DNA of 64,000 nt, taken from Mobula hypostoma. Its lineage: Eukaryota. Position 1 is the first letter of the stretch, and every line of letters starts with the position of its first letter. Position numbers and translations under genes: made by a program. Below the pieces are notes generated by a model that had not been told where the DNA came from, ran no database searches, and saw only the letters and a list, made by a program, of their open reading frames with translations. The stretch lies in NCBI RefSeq assembly GCF_963921235.1, contig NC_086108.1:8060001-8124000 (forward strand). The letters are read 5' to 3'. Shown here in pieces: positions 1-10,384 of the stretch.

Positions 1-735
1 TGACTCTTGTGTTTATGTGGTGATGTAAATGTTTCTCTGAAGAATTGGGCGGGTAGAGTCTGAGTGGGAGAATGCCGGTGGAATTAAGTTCTGAATAGAT
101 AGGCCAAATTACCTGTGCTGTAATTCAAGGTTCAAAGTCCAAAGAAAATTATTATCAAAGTACATATATGTCAGAATCTTTTACCCTGAGATTCATTTCC
201 TTGCAGGCATTTACAGGAAAATAAAGAAATATAACAGAATTTACCATAAACTATAAATGTCAATGTCTGAAAAACATGCAAGATTCGAGATTCAAAGTGA
301 ATTATTATTAAAGTGTGTCTGCAGAAAACAACCCTGAGATTTTTCTTACCCACAGACAGCCACAAAACAAAGAAAATCATACAGCCCGTTCAGAGAATAA
401 ACATCAAACTCTCTACCCCACATGCAAAGAATAAACAAATCGTACAAAAAGCAACAAAAATAAAGAGCGACAAACACAGCATAAAAAACACAAAATTGAA
501 CAAGTCCAGGCATAGTCAGTACAGCTCAGTGCCCATGATCTGCTGGTTGCCCTGATTCAAATTCACTGAAAATAGCAACAAAAGAGAGGACAACCAGAAA
601 CACATCATAACGTGAACTACAGAAATGTGTAAAAAACAGACTATTTATGCAAATAAAAAGTAAATAAATAATATTGAGAACATGAGTTGCAGAGTCCTTG
701 AAAGTGAGTCTGTAGGTTCTAAAATCAGTTCAGTG

Positions 736-2444
736 TTGTGGTGAGTGAAGTTATCCACACTGGTTCAGGAGCCTGATGGTTGTGGGGTAATAATTGTTCC
801 TGAACCTGGTGGTGTGGGACCTGAGGCTCATTGTGGTGAGTGAAGTTATCCACACTGGTTCAGGAGCCTGATGGTTGTGGGGTAATAATTGTTCCTGAAC
901 CTGGTGGTGTGGGACCTGAGGCTCATTGTGGTGAGTGAAGTTATCCACACTGGTTCAGGAGCCTGATGGTTGTGGGGTAATAATTGTTCCTGAACCTGGT
1001 GGTGTGGGACCTGAGGCTCATTGTGGTGAGTGAAGTTATCCACACTGGTTCAGGAGCCTGATGGTTGTGGGGTAATAACTGTTCCTGAACCTGGTGGTGT
1101 GGGACCTGAGGCTCATTGTGGTGAGTGACGTTATCCACACTGGTTCAGGAGCCTGATGGTTGTGGGGTAATAACTGTCCCTGAACCTGGTGGTGTGGGAC
1201 CTGAGGCTCATTGTGGTGAATGAAGTTATCCACACTGGTTCAGGAGCCTGATGGTTGTGGGGTAATAACTATTCCTGAACCTGGTGGTGTGGGACCTGAG
1301 ACTCATTATGGTGAGTGAAGTTATCCACACTGGTTCAGGAGCCTGATGGTTGTGGGGTGATAACTGTTCCTGAACCTGGTGGTGTGGGACCTGAGGCTCA
1401 TTGTGGTGAGTGAAGTTATCCACACTGGTTCAGGAGCCTGATGGTTGTGGGGTGATAGTTGTTCCTGAACCTGGTGGTGTGGGACCTGAGGCTCATTGTG
1501 GTGAGTGAAGTTATCCACACTGGTTCAGGAGCCTGATGGTTGTGGGGTGATAACTGTTCCTGAACCTGGTGGTGTGGGACCTGAGGCTCATTGTGGTGAG
1601 TGACGTTATCCACACTGGTTCAGGAGCCTGATGGTTGTGGGGTGATAACTGTTCCTGAACCTGGTGGTGTGGGACCTGAGGCTCATTGTGGTGAGTGAAG
1701 TTATCCACACTGGTTCAGGAGCCTGATGGTTGTGGGGTAATAACTGTCCCTGAACCTGGTGGTGTGGGACCTGAGGCTCATTGTGGTGAGTGAAGTTATC
1801 CACACTGGTTCAGGAGCCTGATGGTTGTGGGGTAATAACTGTCCCTGAACCTGGTGGTGTGGGACCTGAGGCTCATTGTGGTGAGTGAAGTTATCCATAC
1901 TGGTTCAGGAGCCTGATGGTTGTGGGGTAATAACTGTCCCTGAACCTGGTGGTGTGGGACCTGAGGCTCATTGTGGTGAGTGAAGTTATCCACACTGGTT
2001 CAGGAATCTGATGGTTGTGGGGTAATAACTGTTCCTGAAGCTGGTGGTGTGGGACCTGAGGCTCATTGTGGTGAGTGAAGTTATCCACACTGGTTCAGGA
2101 GCCTGATGGTTGTGGGGTAATAACTGTTCCTGAACCTGGTGGTGTGGGACCTGAGGCTCATTGTGGTGAGTGAAGTTATCCACACTGGTTCAGGAGCCTG
2201 ATGGTTGTGGGGTAATAACTGTTCCTGAACCTGGTGGTGTGGGACCTGAGGCTCATTGTGGTGAGTGAAGTTATCCACACTGGTTCAGCAGCCTGATGGT
2301 TGTGGGGTAATAACTGTTCCTGAACCTGGTGGTGTGGAACCTGAGGCTCATTGTGGTGAGTGAAGTTATCCACACTGGTTCAGCAGCCTGATGGTTGTGG
2401 GGTAATAACTGTTCCTGAACCTGGTGGTGTGGGACCTGAGGCTC
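736..2444 (-). repeat. 95-bp tandem array 1 (~18 units) derived from the Rex1 ORF end
   Basis: TTATCCACAC recurs every 95 nt from 751 to 2366. The unit encodes LRSHTTRFRNSYYPTTIRLLN, the Rex1/Babar RT C-terminus. Confidence 0.97.
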
Positions 2445-2609
2445 TTGCACATCCTTTCCGATTGCAGCAGTGAGAAGAGAGCATGGTCTAGGTGGTAGTA
2501 GTTTGAGGTAGGTGGTTTAGTAGGATGTGTTTCTTTTTTTAAAAAAATGGAAGTTTCACAGTGATTTTTTCACTAGTCCTTCAGAGCACTTTACTGGAGA
2601 AAGTTGTAT

Positions 2610-2960
2610 CTTAGTCCACTCCATCATGGGCACTAGCCTCCGTAGTAACCGGGGCATCGTCAAGGAGCGATGCCTCAAAAAGGTGGTGTCCATCATTAAG
2701 GACCCCCATCACCCAGGACATGCCCTCTTCTCATTGCTACCATCAAGAAGGAGGTACAGGAGCCTGAAGACACACTAACAAGACTTAAGGCTCCTGTACC
2801 TCCTTCCTGATGGAGCAGCAAGAAGAGAGAATGCCAGGATGGTGGGGGGGTCCTTGATGATCGATTCTGCTTTCTTATGCAGCGCTCCATATAAAAGCGC
2901 TCAACGGTAGGGAGTATTTGCTGGCAATGGACTGGGCTGTATCCACCACTGTCTGTTCCT
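2610..2960. mobile_element. Two Rex1 3' fragments in inverted orientation
   Basis: [18 protein letters not shown]...RYRSLK on + (to 2778) and the homologous segment on - from 2788. Confidence 0.75.
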
Positions 2961-3505
2961 GGGTATTCATTAAGAAGCAGGTTTCCACTTCTGATCTGAT
3001 TTTTTTTTCTCACTCCCACTGTGGGCAGGATTGTTTGAATCTAACAGTCAATCATTGAATACTTTAATGACTCTAAGTTGCCCTGGAACTGTGACAGAGA
3101 GATATCAGACCTGGTCAAAACCTGTCCTCCCTGGAGAGAGAAAGAGCGAGAGAGGTGAGAAATGGGAATTGGGAGCCAGTAGGCATTGGCAATAGCGTCT
3201 TTCTAAGTATTTCTTTCACTCTTTCTCAACTTTTTACTTGTGTGACCATAGGGAAACAGATTAATTCACTTTACTAACTTTATTTAAAGACTTTAAATTA
3301 AAACATTTTTCAGAAAAAGTCTTTGTTATTTATAGGTTTTCATAAGTTATATTGTATTTCTTTATTTTCCTGTAAATACTTCCGAGAAAATTAATCTCAA
3401 GGTAATATATAGTGACATTTATGTACTTTGATAATAAATTTTACTTGGAGTGGTGCCACAACAATAACCTTTTATTCATTGTCAGCAAAACCAAAGAGCT
3501 GATTA

Positions 3506-4304
3506 CACTGGACAACAAAGATTTTGCTTCCTGAATACTTCTGGGTTGATCTTATGGATTTTGGGCTGCTGATCATGAAAATCAGCAGGAAATTTCTCTA
3601 TCACACACCATACCTTTGAAATTGCCTATATTTGTTATTTCAATTCATAATTCAAGTCAGAGCAGCTTATACCAAGATTAAGGAAGGCACGTTTGTCGGT
3701 ACAATTCAAACAGATCATCAATGACAGGCATTTCAATGGACTTCTAGTGGGACCGGAGAAAATCGCATTGAAGGTATTCAAGGATGTTGCTGGAAGTTTT
3801 CTTGGCAACTACAGAGCATCAAACTACGTGCAGCTGGTTGACAACATGCTTCAAGCATACAAAACCATGAAGAACAACATGTCACTGAAGATTCATTTTC
3901 TGCATTCCCATTTAGACTTCTTCTCTGCAAATCTTTGTGCTGTTAGTGACGAGCATGGTGAAAGGTTTCACCAGGACCTTGTGGTCATGGAGAAACGGTA
4001 TCAGGGCAACTGGAATCCATCAGTGCTGTCTGAATATTATTGGACACTTACGTGAGAAGCTTCAGACACTGAGCACAAATGAAAATTACCAACAAAACAT
4101 TTTTAGTTGAACTATTACAAAGCGTCAGCACTGTTAAGTAATTAAACACATTATATTCAATAAAAGTTAATTTCTTGTTTCTCCAAATCCCTATGTGATA
4201 CAAGTAGCCTTAAATTATATTTTGTGTTCAGCTTCAAGTAGTCTATCATAAACAAAAAAAAATTCTGAGGAAGCAACACTTTCAAAAAAAATTGTTCTCC
4301 CGCA
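3506..4304 (+). mobile_element. Internally deleted Chapaev3-like (CMC) DNA transposon
   Basis: ORF 3693-4055 contains MSLKIHFLHSHLDFF...AVSDEHGERFHQD...MEKRYQG. Left end is CACTGGACAACAA, with a degenerate complement at 4292-4304. TTA is duplicated on both sides. Removing the element restores the Rex1 frame KTKELIID. Confidence 0.8.
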
Positions 4305-4342
4305 TTATTGACAACAGGAGGAGGAAACCAGAGGCCCATGAG

Positions 4343-4546
4343 CCAGTCCTCATGGGTCGTATCACATCCAGTCCTCACTGGTCATATCGCGTCCAGTCCT
4401 CACGGGTCGTATCACATCCAGTCCTCACTGATCGTATCACATCCAGTCCTCACTGGTCGTTTCACATCCAGTCCTCACTGGTCGTACCACATCCAGTCCT
4501 CACTGGTCGTATCACCTCCAGCCCTCACTGGTCGTTTCACATCCAG
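4343..4546 (+). repeat. 25-bp minisatellite (~8 units, CCAGTCCTCACTGGTCGTATCACAT)
   Basis: CCAGTCCT recurs every 25 nt from 4343. Confidence 0.92.
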
Positions 4547-4740
4547 GAATGCAAAAGGTTATACAGAAAGTGGTGCTCAGGTTCAGTCCATCACGGTTAG
4601 ACACTCCCCACCACTGAGCAGATCTACATGGAGCACTGCCATTAGAAAGCATCATCCATCACTAAAGACCACCACCATCCAGGCCATGCCCTCTTCTCAC
4701 GACTATCATTGGGCAGGAGGAATGGGAGCTCTAGGTTCAA

Positions 4741-4910
4741 TACCACCAGGTTCAGGAACAGTTATTACCCCACAACCATCAGGCTCCTGAACCAGTGTGG
4801 ATAACTTCACTCACCACAATGAGCCTCAGGTCCCACACCACCAGGTTCAGGAACAGTTATTACCCCACAACCATCAGGCTCCTGAACCAGTGTGGATAAC
4901 TTCACTCACC
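4741..4910 (+). repeat. 95-bp repeat dimer (array 4)
   Basis: Two units with the same CACCACAATGAGCCTCAGG junction, in the opposite orientation to array 1. Confidence 0.9.
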
Positions 4911-5169
4911 TCAACCCTGACTCACTTTGAAGAAGTCTTCAACTTAAGTCCTCACTACTTATTTTGTTATTTGCACAAGTCGTCTCACTTTTTAAATTTA
5001 TTTTATAAATATTATTTTGTTATTTGTACAGTTTGTCTTCTTTTGCCAATTGGTTGTTTGTCAGTCTTTGTTATTTATAGTTTTTTTATAAATTCTATTA
5101 TGTTTCCTTGTTTTCCTATAAATGTCTGCTAGAAAATTATTCTTAAGGTTGTATATGTGATATAGATAT

Positions 5170-7740
5170 CGTCATCATCTTCATCATTTTGTGCCGCGTT
5201 GTGTGACGTAGGTGATCATGGCCTCATGTCCATGATTGTTCTTGGCAAATTTATCTACAGAAATGGTTTGCCATTCCCTTCTTCTGAACAGTGTCTTTAC
5301 AAGATTTTTAATTGGGTTAGGGCAAATTATGAGGCTATAAGGCTAGAACTTGCGGGTGTGAATTGGGATGATGTTTTTGCAGGGAAATTTACTATGGACA
5401 TGTGGTCGATGTTTAGAGGTCTCTTGCAGGATGTTAGGGATAAATTTGTCCCGGTGAGGAAGATAAAGAATGGTAGGGTGAAGGAACCATGGGTGACAAG
5501 TGGGGTAGAAAATCTAGTCAGGTGGAAGAAGATAGCACACATGAGGTTTAGGAAGCAAGGATCGGATGGGTCTATTGAGGAATATAGGGAAACAAGAAAG
5601 GAGCTTAAGAAGGGGCTGAGAAGAGCAAGAAGGGGGCATGAGAAGGCCTTGGCGAGTAGGGTAAAGGAAAACCTCAAGGCATTCTTCAATTATGTGAAGA
5701 ACAAAAGGATGACAGGAGTGAAGGTAGGACCTATTAGAGATAAAGGTGGGAAGATGTTCCTGGAGGCTGTGGAAGTGAGCGAGGTCCTCAGTGAATACTT
5801 CTCTTAGGTATTCACCAATGAGAGGGAACTTGATGATGGTGAGGACAATATGAGTGAGGCTGATGTTCTGGAGCATGTTGATATTAAGAGAGAGGAGGTG
5901 TTGGAGTTGTTAAAATGCATTAGGACGGATAAGTCCCTGGGGCCTGATGGAATATTCCCCAGGCTGCTCCATGAGGTGAGGGAAGAGATTGCTGAGCCTC
6001 TGGCTAGGATCTTTATGTCCTCGTTGTCCATGGGAATGGTACCAGAGGATTGGAGGAAGGCAAATGTTGTCCCATTGTTCAAAAAAGGTAGTAGGGATAG
6101 TCCGAGTAATTATAGACCAGTGAGCCTTACGTCTGTGGTGGGAAAGCTGTTGGAAAAGAGTCTTAGAGATAGGATCTATGGGCATTTAGAGAATCATGGT
6201 CTGATCAGGGACAGTCAGCATGGCTTTGTGAAGGGCAGATCGTGTCTAACAAGCCTGATAGAGTTCTTTGAGGAGGTGACCAGGCATATAGATGAGGGTA
6301 GGGCAGTGGATGTGATCTATATGGATTTTAGTAAAGCATTTGACAAGGTTCCACACAGTAGGCTTATTCAGAAAGTCAGAAGGCATGGGATCCAGGGAAG
6401 TTTGGCCAGGTGGATTCAGAATTGGCTTGCCTGCAGAAGGCAGAGGGTCATGGGGTGGAGGGAGTACGTTCAGATTGGAGGATTGTGACTAGTGGTGTCC
6501 CACAAGGATCTGTTCTGGGACCTCTACTTTTCATGACTTTTATTAACGACCTGGATGTGGGGGTAGAAGGGTGGGTTGGCAAGTTTGCAGACGACATGAA
6601 GGTTGGTGGTGTTGTAGATAGTGTAGAGGATTGTCGAAGATTGCAGAGAGACATTGATAGGTTGCAGAAGTGGGCTGAGAAGTGGCAGATAGAGTTCAAC
6701 CCGGAGAAGTGTGAGGTGGTACACTTTGGAAGGACAAACTCCAAGGCAGAGGACACAGTAAATGGCAGGATACTTGGTAGTGTGGAGGAGCAGAGGGATC
6801 TGGGAGTACATGTCCACAAATCCATGAAAGTTGCCTCACAGGTAGATAGGGTAGTTAAGAAAGCTTATGGGGTGTTAGCTTTCATAAGTGGAGAGACAGA
6901 GTTTAAGAGTTGCGATGTAATGATGCAGCTCTATAAAACTCTGGTTAGGCCACACTTGGAGCACTGTGTCCAGTTCTGGTCGCCTCACTATAGGAAGGAT
7001 GTGGAAGCATTGGAAAGGGTACAGAGAAGATTTACCAGGATGCTGCCTGGTTTAGAGAGTATGGATTATGATCAGAGATTAAGGGAGCTAGGGCTTTACT
7101 CTTTGGAGAGAAGGAGGATGAGAGGAGACTTGATAGAGGTGTACAAGATAATAAGAGGAATAGATAGAGTGGACAGCCAGCACCTCTTCCCCAGGGCACC
7201 ACTGCTCAATACAAGAGGACATGGCTTTAAGGTAAGGGGTTGGGAAGTTCAAGAGGGATATTAGAGGAAGGTTTTTTACTCAGAGAGTGGTTGGTGCATG
7301 GAATGCACTGCCTGAGTCAGTGGTGGAGGCAGATACACTTGTGAAGTTTAAGAGACTACTAGACAGGTATATGGTGGAATTTAAGGTTGGGGGGTTATAT
7401 GGGAGGCAGGATTTGAGGGTCGGCACAACATTGTGGGCCGAAGGGCCTGTACTGTGCTGTACTATTCTATGTGCTATTAAGATGGGTGACCCCAGCCATT
7501 ATTAATACTCTTCAGAGTTTGTCTGCCTGGCGTCAGTGGTCACATAACCAGGACTTGTGATCTGCACCAGCTGATCATACGACCGTCCATCACCTGCTCC
7601 CATGGCTTCACGTGACCCTGATCGGGGTGATGGGAGGGGCTAAGCAGGTGCTACCCCTTGTCCAAGGGTAACCTGCAAGCTAGAGGAGGGAGTTAGCGCT
7701 TTACACCTTCTTTGGTAGGGACATATCTCCACCCCGCCAA
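5170..7740 (-). mobile_element. RTE/BovB-type SINE-like element (family A), split by the CR1 into 5170-5305 and 7479-7740
   Basis: Matches copies at 38505-38805 and 56300-56690. Contains the BovB-like AAGGCAATGGCAAACCAC motif. Confidence 0.65.
5306..7478 (+). mobile_element. 5'-truncated CR1 LINE (ORF2 RT with a stop and frameshifts)
   Basis: Motifs NYRPVSLTSVVGKLLE, MDFSKAFDKVPH, SGVPQGSVLGP, KFADD, LVRPHLE. AAGAT is duplicated at 5301-5305 and 7479-7483 inside an RTE-derived SINE. Confidence 0.95.
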
Positions 7741-7769
7741 ATACTTTGATAATACATTTGATCTGAAGG

Positions 7770-8420
7770 GTCAAAAATCCTGGATGTCAAGATCTCTGAG
7801 GATCTAACCTGGTCCCAACATATTGATGCAGCTACAAAGAAGGCAAGACAGTGGCTCTACTTCGTTAGGAGTTTGAGGAGATTTGGCTTGTCACCTAACA
7901 CACTCGAACACTTCTATAGATGTACTGACAGGCTGCATCACTGTCTGGTATGATGGGTGGGTGGGGCAGGACTGAAAGAAGCTACAGAAAGTTATAAAAT
8001 TAGTCAGCTCCATCTGGGGTACCAGCCTCCATTGTATCCCAGACTTCTTCAAGCAGCGATGCCTTAAAAAGGTGGTATCCATCATTAAGGACCCCCATCA
8101 CCCAGGACATACCCTCTTCTCACTGCTACCATCAGGGAGGAGGTACAGGAGCCTGAAGGGATTCAGTGATTCAGGAACAGCTTCTTCACCTCTGCCATCA
8201 GATTCCCAAATGGACATTGAACCCCTGAACTTTACCTCACCTTTTTAAAAAATTATTTCTGTTTTCGTACTGTTTTTAATATAACTATACATGTATACTT
8301 ATTGTAATTGACTGATTTATTTGTTTTCTTTCTGTATTATATATTGCATTGAACTGACGCTGCTAAGTTAACAAATTTCACGACGCATGCCGGTGATAAT
8401 AAACCTGATTCTGACTCTGA
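7770..8420 (+). mobile_element. Rex1/Babar 3' fragment
   Basis: Degenerate RT C-terminus; 3' tail AATAAACCTGATTCTGACTCTGA. Confidence 0.8.
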
Positions 8421-8789
8421 GATTTTCTCTCCCCCTGTGGATGCTGATCGACTCGCTGAGACCTTCAGCAGATTGTGCTCGGGCTTGGCCTCCCTGGCAC
8501 CCTGAGGCTGGAGCAGCTCAGTTCCACCTCTGTCCGTGGGAACCCACGTACAAGTGGGCTGCTGAGCGCACCACCCTCCCCCTTTGTGCCAAACCTAATT
8601 CATCCACACACACGCAACGGGATGCTGCAGATGCTGGAAATCCAGAGCAACACACTCAGAAAGTGCTGGAGAAACTCAGCAGGTCAGGCAGCACCTATGG
8701 AGGGGAATAAACAGTCGACAGCTGAGGACGAGAACCTTCATCAGGACTGGAAAGGAAGGAAGCGGAAGCTGTAAGTTATCGGGGTAGTA

Positions 8790-9390
8790 TTGGGCCATTC
8801 AGCCCTTAGGTGTCTACTCCCCCATTCCACCATGGCTGCAATATTAACCCTCTCAACCCCATTCTCCCAACTTCCCTCCGTAACCTCTGACACCCTTACA
8901 AGCCAAGAAGCTATAAACCTCCACTTTAAATATACCCAATGACTTGGCCTCCACAGCCACCTGTGACAGATTCACCGCTCGCTGACTAAAGAAATCCCTC
9001 CTCATCTCTGTTCTAAATGGACGTCCCTCTATTCTGAGGCTGCGCCCTCTGCTCCTAAACTCCCTCGCCATAGGAAACATCTCCACATCCACTCTATCTC
9101 CACCTTTCGATGTTTGATAGGTTTCAAAGAGACCAGTCCCCGCCCCCCCCCACCATCATTCTTCTAAGCTCCAGCGAGTACAGGCTCACAGCCATCAAAC
9201 GCTCCTCATTTGTTAACCCTTTCATTCCTGGGATAATTCTTGGGAACCTCCTTAGGACCCTCTCCAATACCAGAACATCCTTTCTTGGATAAGGGGCCCA
9301 AAACTGCACACAAATATTCCAAGCGGTATCTGGCCAATGCCTTATAAAGCCTCAGTATCACATCCTTGAATTGCATTCTAGTCCTCTTGA
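8790..9390 (-). mobile_element. CR1 3' fragment
   Basis: LYKAL..., QFWAPY..KD, TEMRRDFFSQR on the minus strand. Confidence 0.85.
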
Positions 9391-9392
9391 CA

Positions 9393-9845
9393 TGGGGGAG
9401 GGGGAGGGTGTGGGAGGGAGAGAGGATGGTGAGGGAGGATGGAGGTTGAGGGAGAAAGAAATATGGGAAGGACGGAGAGTGGGAGGGAGGGAGGGCAGAG
9501 ATGGTGAGGAAAGATGGAGTCTGTGTAGGTGAGGGAGGGAGATTGTGAGAGGGACAGAGGCTGGGACTGAGGGAGGGCAGAGAGTCGATGGGGAAGGTGA
9601 GGATGACAGAGGGAAGTTGAGGAGGGTGAGAGATGGTGGGAGGGCAGAGGATGAGGGTGAGGTTGAAGGGGTGAGGGGTTGAGGTTGAGGGAGAGAGGTC
9701 GGAGGTTGAGGAATGTCGGAGGATGCCCCCTCCTCCCTTCCCTGAAGACGTGTCAATGCTAAGCCCTGGAGATGTTCTGGTGAAGACTGAGGACGAGGGT
9801 GAGGAGAAGAGGGCAGAGGGTGAGGTTGAGGGATATCGGAGAATG
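9393..9845. repeat. Purine-rich low-complexity tract at the start of globin X intron 1
   Basis: GAGG/GGGA-rich on the + strand. Confidence 0.75.
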
Positions 9846-9859
9846 CTCTTCCCCATTAC

Positions 9860-10074
9860 CTGATAAACATGATGATGCCGACCCTAGCAATGTCCTGGTG
9901 AAGAATCTCCCAGGACTCCCGGACCAGCTGTTTCTGCGCCTCGGACAGAACCGGGCGCGGGGACGAAGCCGGAATCTCCTCGCTGTCCTCGGGCGGTGGA
10001 GCCGGAGCTGAGCCGCTCACGTCTGGACTGGGTTTGTCCGGGTTGACCCCGGACCCGGATAACGCACAGCCCAT
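9860..10074 (-). CDS. GbX: Globin X, coding exon 1 (partial CDS; the rest lies beyond position 1)
   Basis: Translates MGCALSGSGVNPDKPSPD...LSEAQKQLVRESWEILHQDIARVGIIMFIR. This is an MGC start (Gly2/Cys3 acylation motif), an N-terminal extension, then globin helices A-B. Ends ATC AG|GTAATG after 215 nt, a phase-2 donor at the conserved globin B12.2 intron position. Confidence 0.9.
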
Positions 10075-10360
10075 AATACCGACCCGCTGTCCCGGCACGG
10101 AACTCCCCGGGGCCGGTCCTTAACGCAGGTTCAACGCCACTGCGAGCATTCAATCTACAGGGGACTCTCACCCGGGGTGACCGACAACACCCCCAGGGCA
10201 ACTCCTCTCCCCTCAACTCTCTCAGCCTCTCGCCAAAGTTGGGCGAGTTCCGGATCCGATGCTCCGCTCTCGGCAGCGTCGCCGAGACTGAGCGTCAGCA
10301 TCAGGACCACAGGCTGCGGGGGAGGGGGTGGGCGGAGGACAGAGGGTGGGGATTGGTAGC
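9880..10360 (-). promoter_or_regulatory. CpG island and putative globin X promoter/5' UTR
   Basis: GC- and CpG-rich island around exon 1 in an otherwise CpG-poor window. GC box GGGCGG at 10330-10335; CCAAT on the minus strand at 10352-10356. The TSS cannot be determined from sequence. Confidence 0.6.
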
Positions 10361-10384
10361 GATGGTGAGAAAGGGATGGAGGCA

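Larger units (their letters stand above)
3455..5165 (+). mobile_element. Rex1/Babar LINE remnant hosting the Chapaev element, the 25-bp array and the 95-bp dimer
   Basis: RT C-terminal motifs (KTKELIID; HHPGHALF-like) followed by an AT-rich 3' UTR. Confidence 0.7.

Noticed and set aside
751..2373. Dozens of near-identical 65-aa ORFs suggesting a peptide gene cluster (also at 13847-14709 and 39786-40363)
   Set aside because: Artefact of the 95-bp period: GTG starts, overlapping ORFs, and sequence derived from the Rex1 ORF end.
736..2444. CRISPR-like regular array
   Set aside because: No unique spacers, no cas genes, eukaryotic context.
5306..7478. Active CR1, or any intact autonomous TE in the window
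   Set aside because: All TE ORFs are truncated or interrupted by stops and frameshifts.
1..9859. Globin X exon 2
   Set aside because: No LFETHPECK-like coding segment found by eye; presumed to lie outside the window.
9856..10098. 80-aa single-exon ORF as listed in the track
   Set aside because: The GTG start is implausible and the stop lies inside the splice donor. The real unit is the exon 10074-9860.
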